Shown: positions 57,135 through 64,000 of the stretch, one piece after another | Numbering within the stretch: position 1 is the stretch's first letter | Layout: the number at the start of each line of letters is the position of its first letter | Source of the DNA: Gemmatimonas sp. | Lineage (GTDB): Bacteria; Gemmatimonadota; Gemmatimonadetes; Gemmatimonadales; Gemmatimonadaceae | Assembly (NCBI GenBank): GCA_040004335.1 | Contig: JBDUBA010000490.1 | Location: 2,317-66,316, forward strand | DNA length: 64,000 nt | Direction: 5' to 3' | The notes under the pieces: generated by a model | Told to the model about the DNA's origin: nothing | Databases searched by the model: none | The model's input: the letters and a program-made list of their open reading frames with translations, nothing else | Made by a program: the position numbers and the translations under genes

Positions 57135-57970
57135 GCGGGCATCCAGTCCGGCTCGACATCAGCCGACATGCCGTAGCTACGCAGAATGCGCGACGCGCCG
57201 GGCTTGAGATCCGCTGGCACATTCTGTCCATCGGTAATCCAGCGCGACGGCAATTCCAGCGACAACGCAAGATCGGTCACACCGGTTTCGCGCGGAACTT
57301 CATCCAACTTCGTCAATAGCAAATGTGTCGAGCCGACGTGCAAACGTGTACGTCCATAAGCGCGCGCTGCATGCAGAGCGAGGTCTGCGCGCAACGTCGC
57401 CGGCACTACGAGATGCACTTCGTCGGGGCGAAACGCGTCCAGCAGCGAACGCCAACGTTCTGTGAGTTCGGTGGCCGCTGGGCTTCGGCCAGGCGTGTCA
57501 ATGATGACCACATCACACATCGACATACGTTTGAGCGTCGATTCAACTTCGCTTTCATCGTACACAACTTCGAATGGCACCCCCGCGAGTTCCGCGTAGG
57601 TGGACAGTTGCTCCATACCGCCTACGCGATACGTATCGATGGTGACGAGACCAACGCGCGCTGCACCGAATGCACTCTGCTTCACCGCGAGTTTTGCTGC
57701 CGTTGTCGTCTTGCCAGCGCCAGTTGGTCCAACCAGCGCGATGCAATACGGCCGACCATCCGGTGTCCGAAACGATGTGGGAAGGGGCGTTGCTTGAAGT
57801 CGCGCACGCACGCGATCAAGCGACGTGGCCGAAGCCGCCATCACTTCAACCAGCGGTACTCCACCGTCACGCACGAGACGCGTATGCAGAATCATCACGT
57901 CATCGCCAAAACTTCGGCGCGCACGACTTGCAACACTGCTTAAATCAGCACCGCGAAATCGCTCAAGCAT
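57131..57970 (-). CDS. flhF: SRP-family GTPase FlhF (short form)
   Basis: GPTGAGKTTTAAKLA, DTYRVGG.EQL, DTPGRS, TKLDE, GQNVPADL. Confidence 0.9.
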   Translation of the reverse strand: MLERFRGADLSSVASRARRSFGDDVMILHTRLVRDGGVPLVEVMAASATSLDRVRARLQATPLPTSFRTPDGRPYCIALVGPTGAGKTTTAAKLAVKQSAFGAARVGLVTIDTYRVGGMEQLSTYAELAGVPFEVVYDESEVESTLKRMSMCDVVIIDTPGRSPAATELTERWRSLLDAFRPDEVHLVVPATLRADLALHAARAYGRTRLHVGSTHLLLTKLDEVPRETGVTDLALSLELPSRWITDGQNVPADLKPGASRILRSYGMSADVEPDWMPA

Positions 57971-60050
57971 GCGGCATCTCCCACGTGGCGACGCTGCTCA
58001 ACGTGATCGCCGGTGGCAGTTCCGCGAGCGACACCACGGGCAACGTTGGCAACACCGGTTCGATCAGGCGACGCACGCCAATGCGCAGTGACGGCGGCGT
58101 AATGAGTGGCAATGGACGTCCGTCGACCGCATAAGTGGTCGCGAGATGATTCAGATCACGCAGCATTGCAGCGAGTGTATCGGGGGTTAACAAGGGAACG
58201 CCCGCGCCGGACGACCGCGGTGAGAAAAGACCAAGCAGGGCTGATTCAAGGCGCGCACCAATCGTGATGCCGCGAACCGTGCCACTCGCGTCTGCGAAGA
58301 GACGCGCAATGACGTTGGTGAGCGACTTGCGCACGAACTCCGTGAGCGCTTCCGGATCCTTGGTGCTGTCCGCGCCGTCGCCAATCGCTTCGAGAATCGT
58401 GACGAGATCGCGAATGGGCACACGTTCGCGCAGCAACCGCTGCAACACACGGTGCAACACCGACAGCGACACCTTGCCCGGAATAATTTCTTCAACCAAT
58501 GCCGGATGCGACTTCTTGAGCGTCTCGACCATTTCCTGCACTTCCTGGCGGCCGAGCAGATCGGAAGCACTCGTTTTGAGTGTTTCCATCAAATGCGTCG
58601 CAACAACGGTGGTTGGTTCGACCACGACATAACCAACGGCTTCTGCTTCGGTGCGACGCGCCGAAGAAATCCAGCGCGCGGGCATACCGAACGACGGATC
58701 AACGGTTTCGAGTCCGTCAATTTCCGCCACCACGCCGCCGGTGTTGAGTGCCATGAGGAAGCGCGGCAACACTTCGCCACGCGCCACTTCAGAACCGCGC
58801 AGTTTGATGACGTATTCGTTGGCAGGCAGACGGATGTCGTCGCGAATACGAATGGGTGGAACCAGAATCCCCATTTCCATTGCGGCTTGTTTGCGCAGCA
58901 ACGAAATGCGCTCGAGCAGGTCGCCGCCTTGCCCTTCGTCCACTAACGGAATGAGCGCGTATCCCACTTCCAGTTCGATGGGATCGATCTGCAGCAGATC
59001 GCGCATTGGATCGGCCGGAGCCGGCACCTCCACCACGGGCGCACTGGCAATTTCCGCCAACTCGGCGCGCTGGATCTCGTTCTTGCCGGATGCGCGCGCG
59101 AGCAACGCTGCACCAGCTGCAAGCGCGAGAAACGGAAACATTGGCAGCCCTGGCACGAGGGCGAACGTTCCCATCACGCCCGACACCATCCACAACGCAC
59201 GGGGATGCGCGCCCAACTGGGACGACAACACGACGCCCATGCGCTCGCCGCCAGTGGCCGCCGTGACCATCAGACCGGCGGCCGTCGAGATGATCAACGC
59301 CGGAATCTGCGAAACGAGTCCGTCGCCAACGGTGAGTAACGTGTAGGTCGCGGCCGCCTTTTCAATCGGCATTCCGCGCTGAATCACACCAATGAAGATG
59401 CCGCCCAGAATGTTGACCGCGAGCACCATGAGACCGAGTACGGCATCACCTTTGACATACTTCGACGCACCGTCCATTGCACCGTAGAAGTCGGCGGTCC
59501 GTGCAATTTCGTCACGACGGGCGCGCGCATCTTTTTCGTCAATGAGCCCGGCAGACAGATCGGCGTCAATGGCCATCTGTTTGCCAGGCATTGCGTCCAA
59601 TGTGAAACGCGCCGCGACTTCCGCAATACGACCAGCACCCTTCGTAATAACGATGAAGTTGATACCAATCAGCAGCAGGAAGATGACGATACCAACCGCG
59701 TAATTTCCACCAACTACAAAGTTGCCAAACGCTTCAATCACTTTGCCAGCGTGACCGTGTGTCAGAATCAAACGTGTTGACGAAACGTTCAATCCAATAC
59801 GAAACAGCGTGAGCAGCAGCAACAGGGCAGGGAAGCCGCTAAAGTCGAGCGGGTTCGTGGTATACAACGACACCAGCAGCACCACGAGTGACAAACCGAT
59901 GCTCGCTGCCAGACACAAATCGAGCAGGACCGGTGGCAGCGGAACCACGATTAGCGCGATCACCAGCACAACGGCAATCGCCAATCCCAATTCAGCGCGT
60001 TTCTTCGAGGAGGCCGAGCCGATGCTCAGCGGCATGGCAGCGGCGGTCAT
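57963..60050 (-). CDS. flhA: flagellar export gate protein FlhA
   Basis: RIAEVAARFTLDAMPGKQMAIDADL, FYGAMDGASK, GDGLVSQIP. Confidence 0.97.
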   Translation of the reverse strand: MTAAAMPLSIGSASSKKRAELGLAIAVVLVIALIVVPLPPVLLDLCLAASIGLSLVVLLVSLYTTNPLDFSGFPALLLLLTLFRIGLNVSSTRLILTHGHAGKVIEAFGNFVVGGNYAVGIVIFLLLIGINFIVITKGAGRIAEVAARFTLDAMPGKQMAIDADLSAGLIDEKDARARRDEIARTADFYGAMDGASKYVKGDAVLGLMVLAVNILGGIFIGVIQRGMPIEKAAATYTLLTVGDGLVSQIPALIISTAAGLMVTAATGGERMGVVLSSQLGAHPRALWMVSGVMGTFALVPGLPMFPFLALAAGAALLARASGKNEIQRAELAEIASAPVVEVPAPADPMRDLLQIDPIELEVGYALIPLVDEGQGGDLLERISLLRKQAAMEMGILVPPIRIRDDIRLPANEYVIKLRGSEVARGEVLPRFLMALNTGGVVAEIDGLETVDPSFGMPARWISSARRTEAEAVGYVVVEPTTVVATHLMETLKTSASDLLGRQEVQEMVETLKKSHPALVEEIIPGKVSLSVLHRVLQRLLRERVPIRDLVTILEAIGDGADSTKDPEALTEFVRKSLTNVIARLFADASGTVRGITIGARLESALLGLFSPRSSGAGVPLLTPDTLAAMLRDLNHLATTYAVDGRPLPLITPPSLRIGVRRLIEPVLPTLPVVSLAELPPAITLSSVATWEMPHA

Positions 60051-61141
60051 GCGACGGCCGTGCCTTTCCAGGCCATGCCGTAGCGCTCACGTTGTTTGAG
60101 CACGAACGCCAGGACTTCTGCAACAGCGAGATACATTTCGACGGGAATGACGGAGCCAACTTGCGCGGTTGCAATCAGCGCGCGCGCGAGTGGTTTGTTT
60201 TCGATAACAGGAATACCGTGTTGGAACGCGAGTTCCTTGATTCGTTGCGCGATTTTACGCTGACCGAGTGCGAGCACGTATGGAGCCGGCGCCACATCGG
60301 TGTCATACTTGAGCGCAATCGCGATGTGTGTCGGGTTGACGATCACAACATCCGCTTTCTTGACGGCCGCAAACATCTGGCGACGCAGGCGTTCGCGCGC
60401 GACCGAGCGACGACGTCCCTTGATTGCCGGATCACCTTCCTGCGCTTTGGATTCGTCCTTGACCTGTTGCTTGGTCATTTTGAGCGATTCCGTAGTGCGC
60501 CAGCGCTGCAACGCGTAATCCGCACCCGCCAGCGCGAGAAACATCATGCCGCAATTCTTGAGCAGCGCAAAACCGTACTTGTGCACCACTGCCAGCATGG
60601 AGTAGGGCGATTGTCCGGCCAATGACTGAATGTCTGGCCACGCCGGTGCAACGGTCACATAGGCGGCCCAGGCAACGATCAACATCTTGATCAATGATTT
60701 GCCAAGTTCGATGAAACCCGACACGCCAATGAGATTTCCAAAATTCTTGATTGGATTCAGTCGCTGCCACTTGGGCGCCAGACGTTTGCTGGAGATCATG
60801 CCGCCCGACTGCGCGTACTGCACGGTGATTGCAATCACGGCCATCGCCGCCATGAGCCCCATCATCGCGACTAAAGTGTCGTAGCCCATTGATTGCACCC
60901 AGGCAATCATCTGCATCGGACCACCATCGGCATCACCGGCGATGCTGAGGTTCTTGTACATTGTGCCAATCAGGAAATTCCACAGCGGTGGCCCCGCGAA
61001 CGACATCGTCATAATCGAGCCGAGCAGAAACGCTGACGTTGTGAGTTCGGGACTCTTCGCGATCTGCCCTTCTTCGCGCGCTTCCTGAAGCCGCTTGCCC
61101 GTTGGCGCTTCTGTCTTTTCGCCAGACTCACTATCGGCCAT
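60047..61141 (-). CDS. flhB: flagellar export switch protein FlhB
   Basis: EKTEAPT, KMTKQQVKDE.K..EGDP, NPTH autocleavage motif. Confidence 0.96.
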   Translation of the reverse strand: MADSESGEKTEAPTGKRLQEAREEGQIAKSPELTTSAFLLGSIMTMSFAGPPLWNFLIGTMYKNLSIAGDADGGPMQMIAWVQSMGYDTLVAMMGLMAAMAVIAITVQYAQSGGMISSKRLAPKWQRLNPIKNFGNLIGVSGFIELGKSLIKMLIVAWAAYVTVAPAWPDIQSLAGQSPYSMLAVVHKYGFALLKNCGMMFLALAGADYALQRWRTTESLKMTKQQVKDESKAQEGDPAIKGRRRSVARERLRRQMFAAVKKADVVIVNPTHIAIALKYDTDVAPAPYVLALGQRKIAQRIKELAFQHGIPVIENKPLARALIATAQVGSVIPVEMYLAVAEVLAFVLKQRERYGMAWKGTAVA

Positions 61142-61142
61142 C

Positions 61143-61964
61143 TCAGCGCGCTCCGGCTATTGAGCCCGCCACTTTCGCCGCCCGCGCGAACGTTTCGATC
61201 GTCGTCGCAAAACCGGGCGTCCAATCACTCATCGTGCGTACGATCAACGCGAGTGAGCCGGCCAATGTCAGCAATCCCACGCTGATCTGAAGCGGGAAGG
61301 CGACACTCATGATTTGCAACTTCGGCGCAGCGCGTCCAAGAATGGCGAGGCCGATGTTCAACACCAACACCGCCGCGACAACAGGCGCCGCAAATTGAAT
61401 TCCGGCAGAAAACACGGAACGCATCTTCGGAACGATCGCGTGGAAACCTTCGCCGAGATTGAGCGACGCACCCAATGGGAGTACGTGAAAACTGTCGGCC
61501 AGTGCGCGCAACATGATGAGATGTCCACCGGCAATCAGCAGCACCATCAGCGCGAGCATCTGCATGAAGGTCGAAAGCAGTGCGCCCTGCGTGTTGTTCG
61601 TCGGATCAAAAATTGCCGCACCGGACAAACCAATTGCGGTCGTCATCTGTTCGCCCGCAGCTTCTGCGCCCGCGACAAACATTGCCGCAGCCAATCCAAT
61701 CACGAGACCGACTGCGCTTTCCGACAGAAACGTTGCGGGCGTGATCCGCAACGTTTCGAGATTCACGCCATTCGTTGCGGCAGGATTCAGCACCAACGCA
61801 AAAATCACGACGAGCGCCGTGCGCATCATCATCGGCACGGGCTTGGCCGACCACACGGGCGCCACCAACATCAGGCCGCCAATACGCAAGGCGGTCAGGA
61901 CCACAGCGGCTGCCATGCCGGGTGCGAAGAAGTCCGGAAAACCCGCGGCGGCGAAGCTGTTCAA
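61143..61964 (-). CDS. fliR: flagellar export protein FliR
   Basis: TTG start overlapping the fliQ stop; R..GL...AP, DP, GGHL, SF..LP, RAAP.LQ...FP. Confidence 0.9.
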   Translation of the reverse strand: MNSFAAAGFPDFFAPGMAAAVVLTALRIGGLMLVAPVWSAKPVPMMMRTALVVIFALVLNPAATNGVNLETLRITPATFLSESAVGLVIGLAAAMFVAGAEAAGEQMTTAIGLSGAAIFDPTNNTQGALLSTFMQMLALMVLLIAGGHLIMLRALADSFHVLPLGASLNLGEGFHAIVPKMRSVFSAGIQFAAPVVAAVLVLNIGLAILGRAAPKLQIMSVAFPLQISVGLLTLAGSLALIVRTMSDWTPGFATTIETFARAAKVAGSIAGAR

Positions 61965-62230
61965 TTGACAGCCGACGGAATGCTCTGAAAGAGCGTGATC
62001 GTGTACTTCGACAGCACCTGGAGCAGCCAGGGGAGCAAGATGATGAACGCCGCGCCGATGAGGACCAGCTTCGGCACAAACGTCAGCGTCTGTTCCTGGA
62101 TTTGTGTGACCGATTGGATGATGCTGACCACCAATCCAACCACCAGCGCGATCAACAGCAGCGGCGCCGCGACGGTCAGGGCGGTGACGATGGCGTCTCG
62201 GCACAAATCGATGATCAGCTGATGCGACAT
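61961..62230 (-). CDS. fliQ: flagellar export protein FliQ
   Basis: GLVVSIIQSVTQIQEQTLTFVPK. Confidence 0.95.
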   Translation of the reverse strand: MSHQLIIDLCRDAIVTALTVAAPLLLIALVVGLVVSIIQSVTQIQEQTLTFVPKLVLIGAAFIILLPWLLQVLSKYTITLFQSIPSAVN

Positions 62231-62299
62231 CCAGGACTCGAGATAGGGGGTGACTGTCAGCGCGAGGGGCATGCAGACAGGTTCTCGGTCATGTCAGAA

Positions 62300-62315
62300 A
62301 GCACGGGCCGTACCA
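62300..62315 (-). promoter_or_regulatory. sigma-54 promoter candidate for the fliQ-fliR-flhB-flhA-flhF-flhG-fliA operon
   Basis: Minus strand TGGTACGGCCCGTGCT with GG/GC at -24/-12 spacing, 70 bp upstream of fliQ. Confidence 0.6.
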
Positions 62316-62374
62316 AATCATTTCCGGCCGATCAAAGCATCGTAAAGCGTGTTGCTTCAGTGACTTACAAGATA

Positions 62375-62486
62375 TGGCAAAATCTGCCGCTAAGAGTTAA
62401 ATCGCGTTTTTCGGCACAAATTGCCGGTAGTTTGAGCGAGCGAACGGGGCTGGAATTGCCGCCTCCAGTGTCGGCATGAAGTGCCG
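62375..62486. promoter_or_regulatory. four CGGCA-N5-TGCCG-type palindromes (putative enhancer array)
   Basis: TGGCAAAATCTGCCG 62375, CGGCACAAATTGCCG 62412, GGGCTGGAATTGCCG 62447, CGGCATGAAGTGCCG 62472. Confidence 0.7.
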
Positions 62487-62570
62487 GCGGCTAAACGGTG
62501 ACTTTGGTGTACTGACAAGCAGTTGCCAATTCATGGACGAAGGGCATTCGCGAACACCGAGGAGTTTCCC

Positions 62571-63191
62571 GTGACAATTCGAGAGATGTTATCCGGTTTG
62601 GCCAAGGGGCTGCTGGGAGAACCGTTGGCGGCAGATGAGGATCCCGCGCCCGAGCGATTCCTCGTTCGGGGGGTCACCGTGACCGTCGTGAACACGCGCC
62701 CCGACATCGCCACCTCCGCCGTAATCGAGCGGTTGGATGAGGCGCTCGGGCTCATTGAGAACTATCAGCCGTGGCGGTTGCGGCATCTGCAGCGCGACCT
62801 CAAGGAGATTCGTGTTGAGCGATTCGCCTGTCGCGGGGCCTTCATGCCAGACTATCGCACCTGCATTACGGAACTGACGTTCCTGGCGCGTCGCGATATC
62901 AACGCGGGCCCCGTCGCTTCATCAATTTTGCACGAAGGTGTGCACGCGCGCGTACATGCGATGGGCGTGAGTCCCATTGATCGGGATCGTGCGCGCGAAG
63001 AACGAATTTGTCGTCGTGCGGAGTTGGCGTTTGGTCTCGCGATTCCTGAGGAGTTTGGGGCGCCGGTTGTGGAGCGCGCCCGCGCTTCATTGGACTTGAC
63101 GGACGTTGATGTCGCGCCGGTGATCGATTGGGCGGAAGCGCAGCGGCGTTCGGATGCGGTGGACTCGACTTCTCTCGGGCGGACTGTGTAA
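62571..63191 (+). CDS. hypothetical protein with HEXXH zincin-like motif
   Basis: GAGGAG RBS before GTG 62571; SILHEGVHAR...REERIC. Confidence 0.7.
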   Translation: MTIREMLSGLAKGLLGEPLAADEDPAPERFLVRGVTVTVVNTRPDIATSAVIERLDEALGLIENYQPWRLRHLQRDLKEIRVERFACRGAFMPDYRTCITELTFLARRDINAGPVASSILHEGVHARVHAMGVSPIDRDRAREERICRRAELAFGLAIPEEFGAPVVERARASLDLTDVDVAPVIDWAEAQRRSDAVDSTSLGRTV

Positions 63192-63232
63192 CGGCGACGT
63201 CAGTAATCGTGTCGTGACGCAGATGGACACCA

Positions 63233-63290
63233 GCAACCGATTAACTGCAACCGATTAACTGCAACCGATTAACTGCAACCGATCAACAGC
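63233..63290 (+). repeat. 14-bp tandem repeat, four copies
   Basis: GCAACCGATTAACT x3 followed by GCAACCGATCAACA. Confidence 0.92.
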
Positions 63291-63611
63291 CTTTGGACTC
63301 GGCGGACTTTTAAGGGACTTTTCGGACAGATTTTCAAAGGGCCAATGGGCGGCGCGGATATTCCAGCGCCGTCTTTCTATTTTTCTTCATTGCGCTGGCG
63401 TGTACGGATTCGCATTTGCAGTTGTCAAGAAATAATCGAAGAGTTCGTGCATTCGTTTCGTACCCTGACCGACCGCCGAAACTGTCCGCCCAGTCCTCCA
63501 AAGTCCGCCAAAGTCCAAAGGCAGTTAGTCAGTTAACGATATTCTCCAAGACGAGAACGCTGAAAGTCCCCGTACGAAACTGTCCGCCAAGTCCAAAGGC
63601 AGTTAGTCAGT
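63285..63611. repeat. REP-like repeat cluster (one inverted and two direct copies)
   Basis: 63285-63335 is approximately the reverse complement of 63478-63526; a shorter direct copy lies at 63576-63611. Core: GAAACTGTCCGCC...AAGTCCAAAGGCAGTT. Confidence 0.75.
63348..63384 (+). terminator. rho-independent terminator
   Basis: GGCGGCGC/GCGCCGTC stem (one G-U pair) followed by TTTCTATTTTT, downstream of the HEXXH gene. Confidence 0.65.
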
Positions 63612-63670
63612 CAGCAATATCCGAACCGCCAACAACACACGTTCGCGCGCGGTAGCCTGGTCCGACCAAA

Positions 63671-64000
63671 TCACTGCACGAAGCTCTTTACCAGGCCGGT
63701 AATAATCAGTCCCCATCCATCCACGAGCACGAATAGCAGCAGCTTGAACGGCATCGAAATCATCGCGGGCGGCAGCATGAACATACCCATGCTCATGAGC
63801 ACCGACGCAACCACGGCGTCGATAATGATAAATGGCAAATAAATCATGAACCCAATCTGAAACGCGCGACGCAACTCACTCGCCACGAACGACGACGTCA
63901 ACACATGCAACGGCACGTCATCAGCGGTATTCGGACGCGGCAAGTGGCTCAACTCAATAAACGTGCGAAGATCCTTCTCATTCGTTTGTTTGAGCATAAA
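63671..64000 (-). CDS. fliP: flagellar export protein FliP (5' part outside window)
   Basis: [52 protein letters not shown]. Confidence 0.96.
   Translation of the reverse strand, partial: FMLKQTNEKDLRTFIELSHLPRPNTADDVPLHVLTSSFVASELRRAFQIGFMIYLPFIIIDAVVASVLMSMGMFMLPPAMISMPFKLLLFVLVDGWGLIITGLVKSFVQ

Noticed and set aside
63233-63611. CRISPR array
   Set aside because: Repeats are 14-bp head-to-tail units or irregular copies without unique equal-length spacers; no cas genes nearby.
1-64000. tRNA, rRNA, transposase or integrase genes
   Set aside because: None recognised in the intergenic gaps or ORF track by eye; tRNAscan, cmscan and ISEScan were not run.

Overview
GC-rich bacterial chromosomal segment. 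The gene complement (ECF sigma/DUF4097 cluster, DUF5916, kinase-TolB fusion, PEP-CTERM, AddAB, flagellar gene style) suggests Gemmatimonadota; this is an inference only. Left part: ECF sigma/anti-sigma operon, DUF5916 outer-membrane protein, nhaA, a decayed histidine-kinase remnant, an S41 protease/beta-barrel/methyltransferase operon, a hybrid sensor kinase, cysE and cysK split by a Ser/Thr kinase plus vapBC, and addBA. Middle: secreted and membrane proteins, an ABC exporter, an EAL-HDOD protein behind a sigma-28-like promoter, and an osmotic/ion-stress block (DUF389, NhaP, a receptor-like TM-sensor-TM-HAMP fusion to OtsA, otsB, GH15, ClC). Right part: a minus-strand flagellar cluster from fliP to motB. 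Most notable are the receptor-fused trehalose-6-phosphate synthase; a flagellar cis-regulatory grammar of sigma-54 sites with clustered CGGCA-N5-TGCCG palindromes before both fliQ and flgF; an antisense ChpT-like pseudo-kinase between csrA and motA; a P-loop-deviant FlhG beside a shortened FlhF; and a repeat-flanked HEXXH gene splitting fliP from fliQ. No rRNA, tRNA, CRISPR array or transposase was recognised. All product calls come from motif recognition by eye, not database searches.
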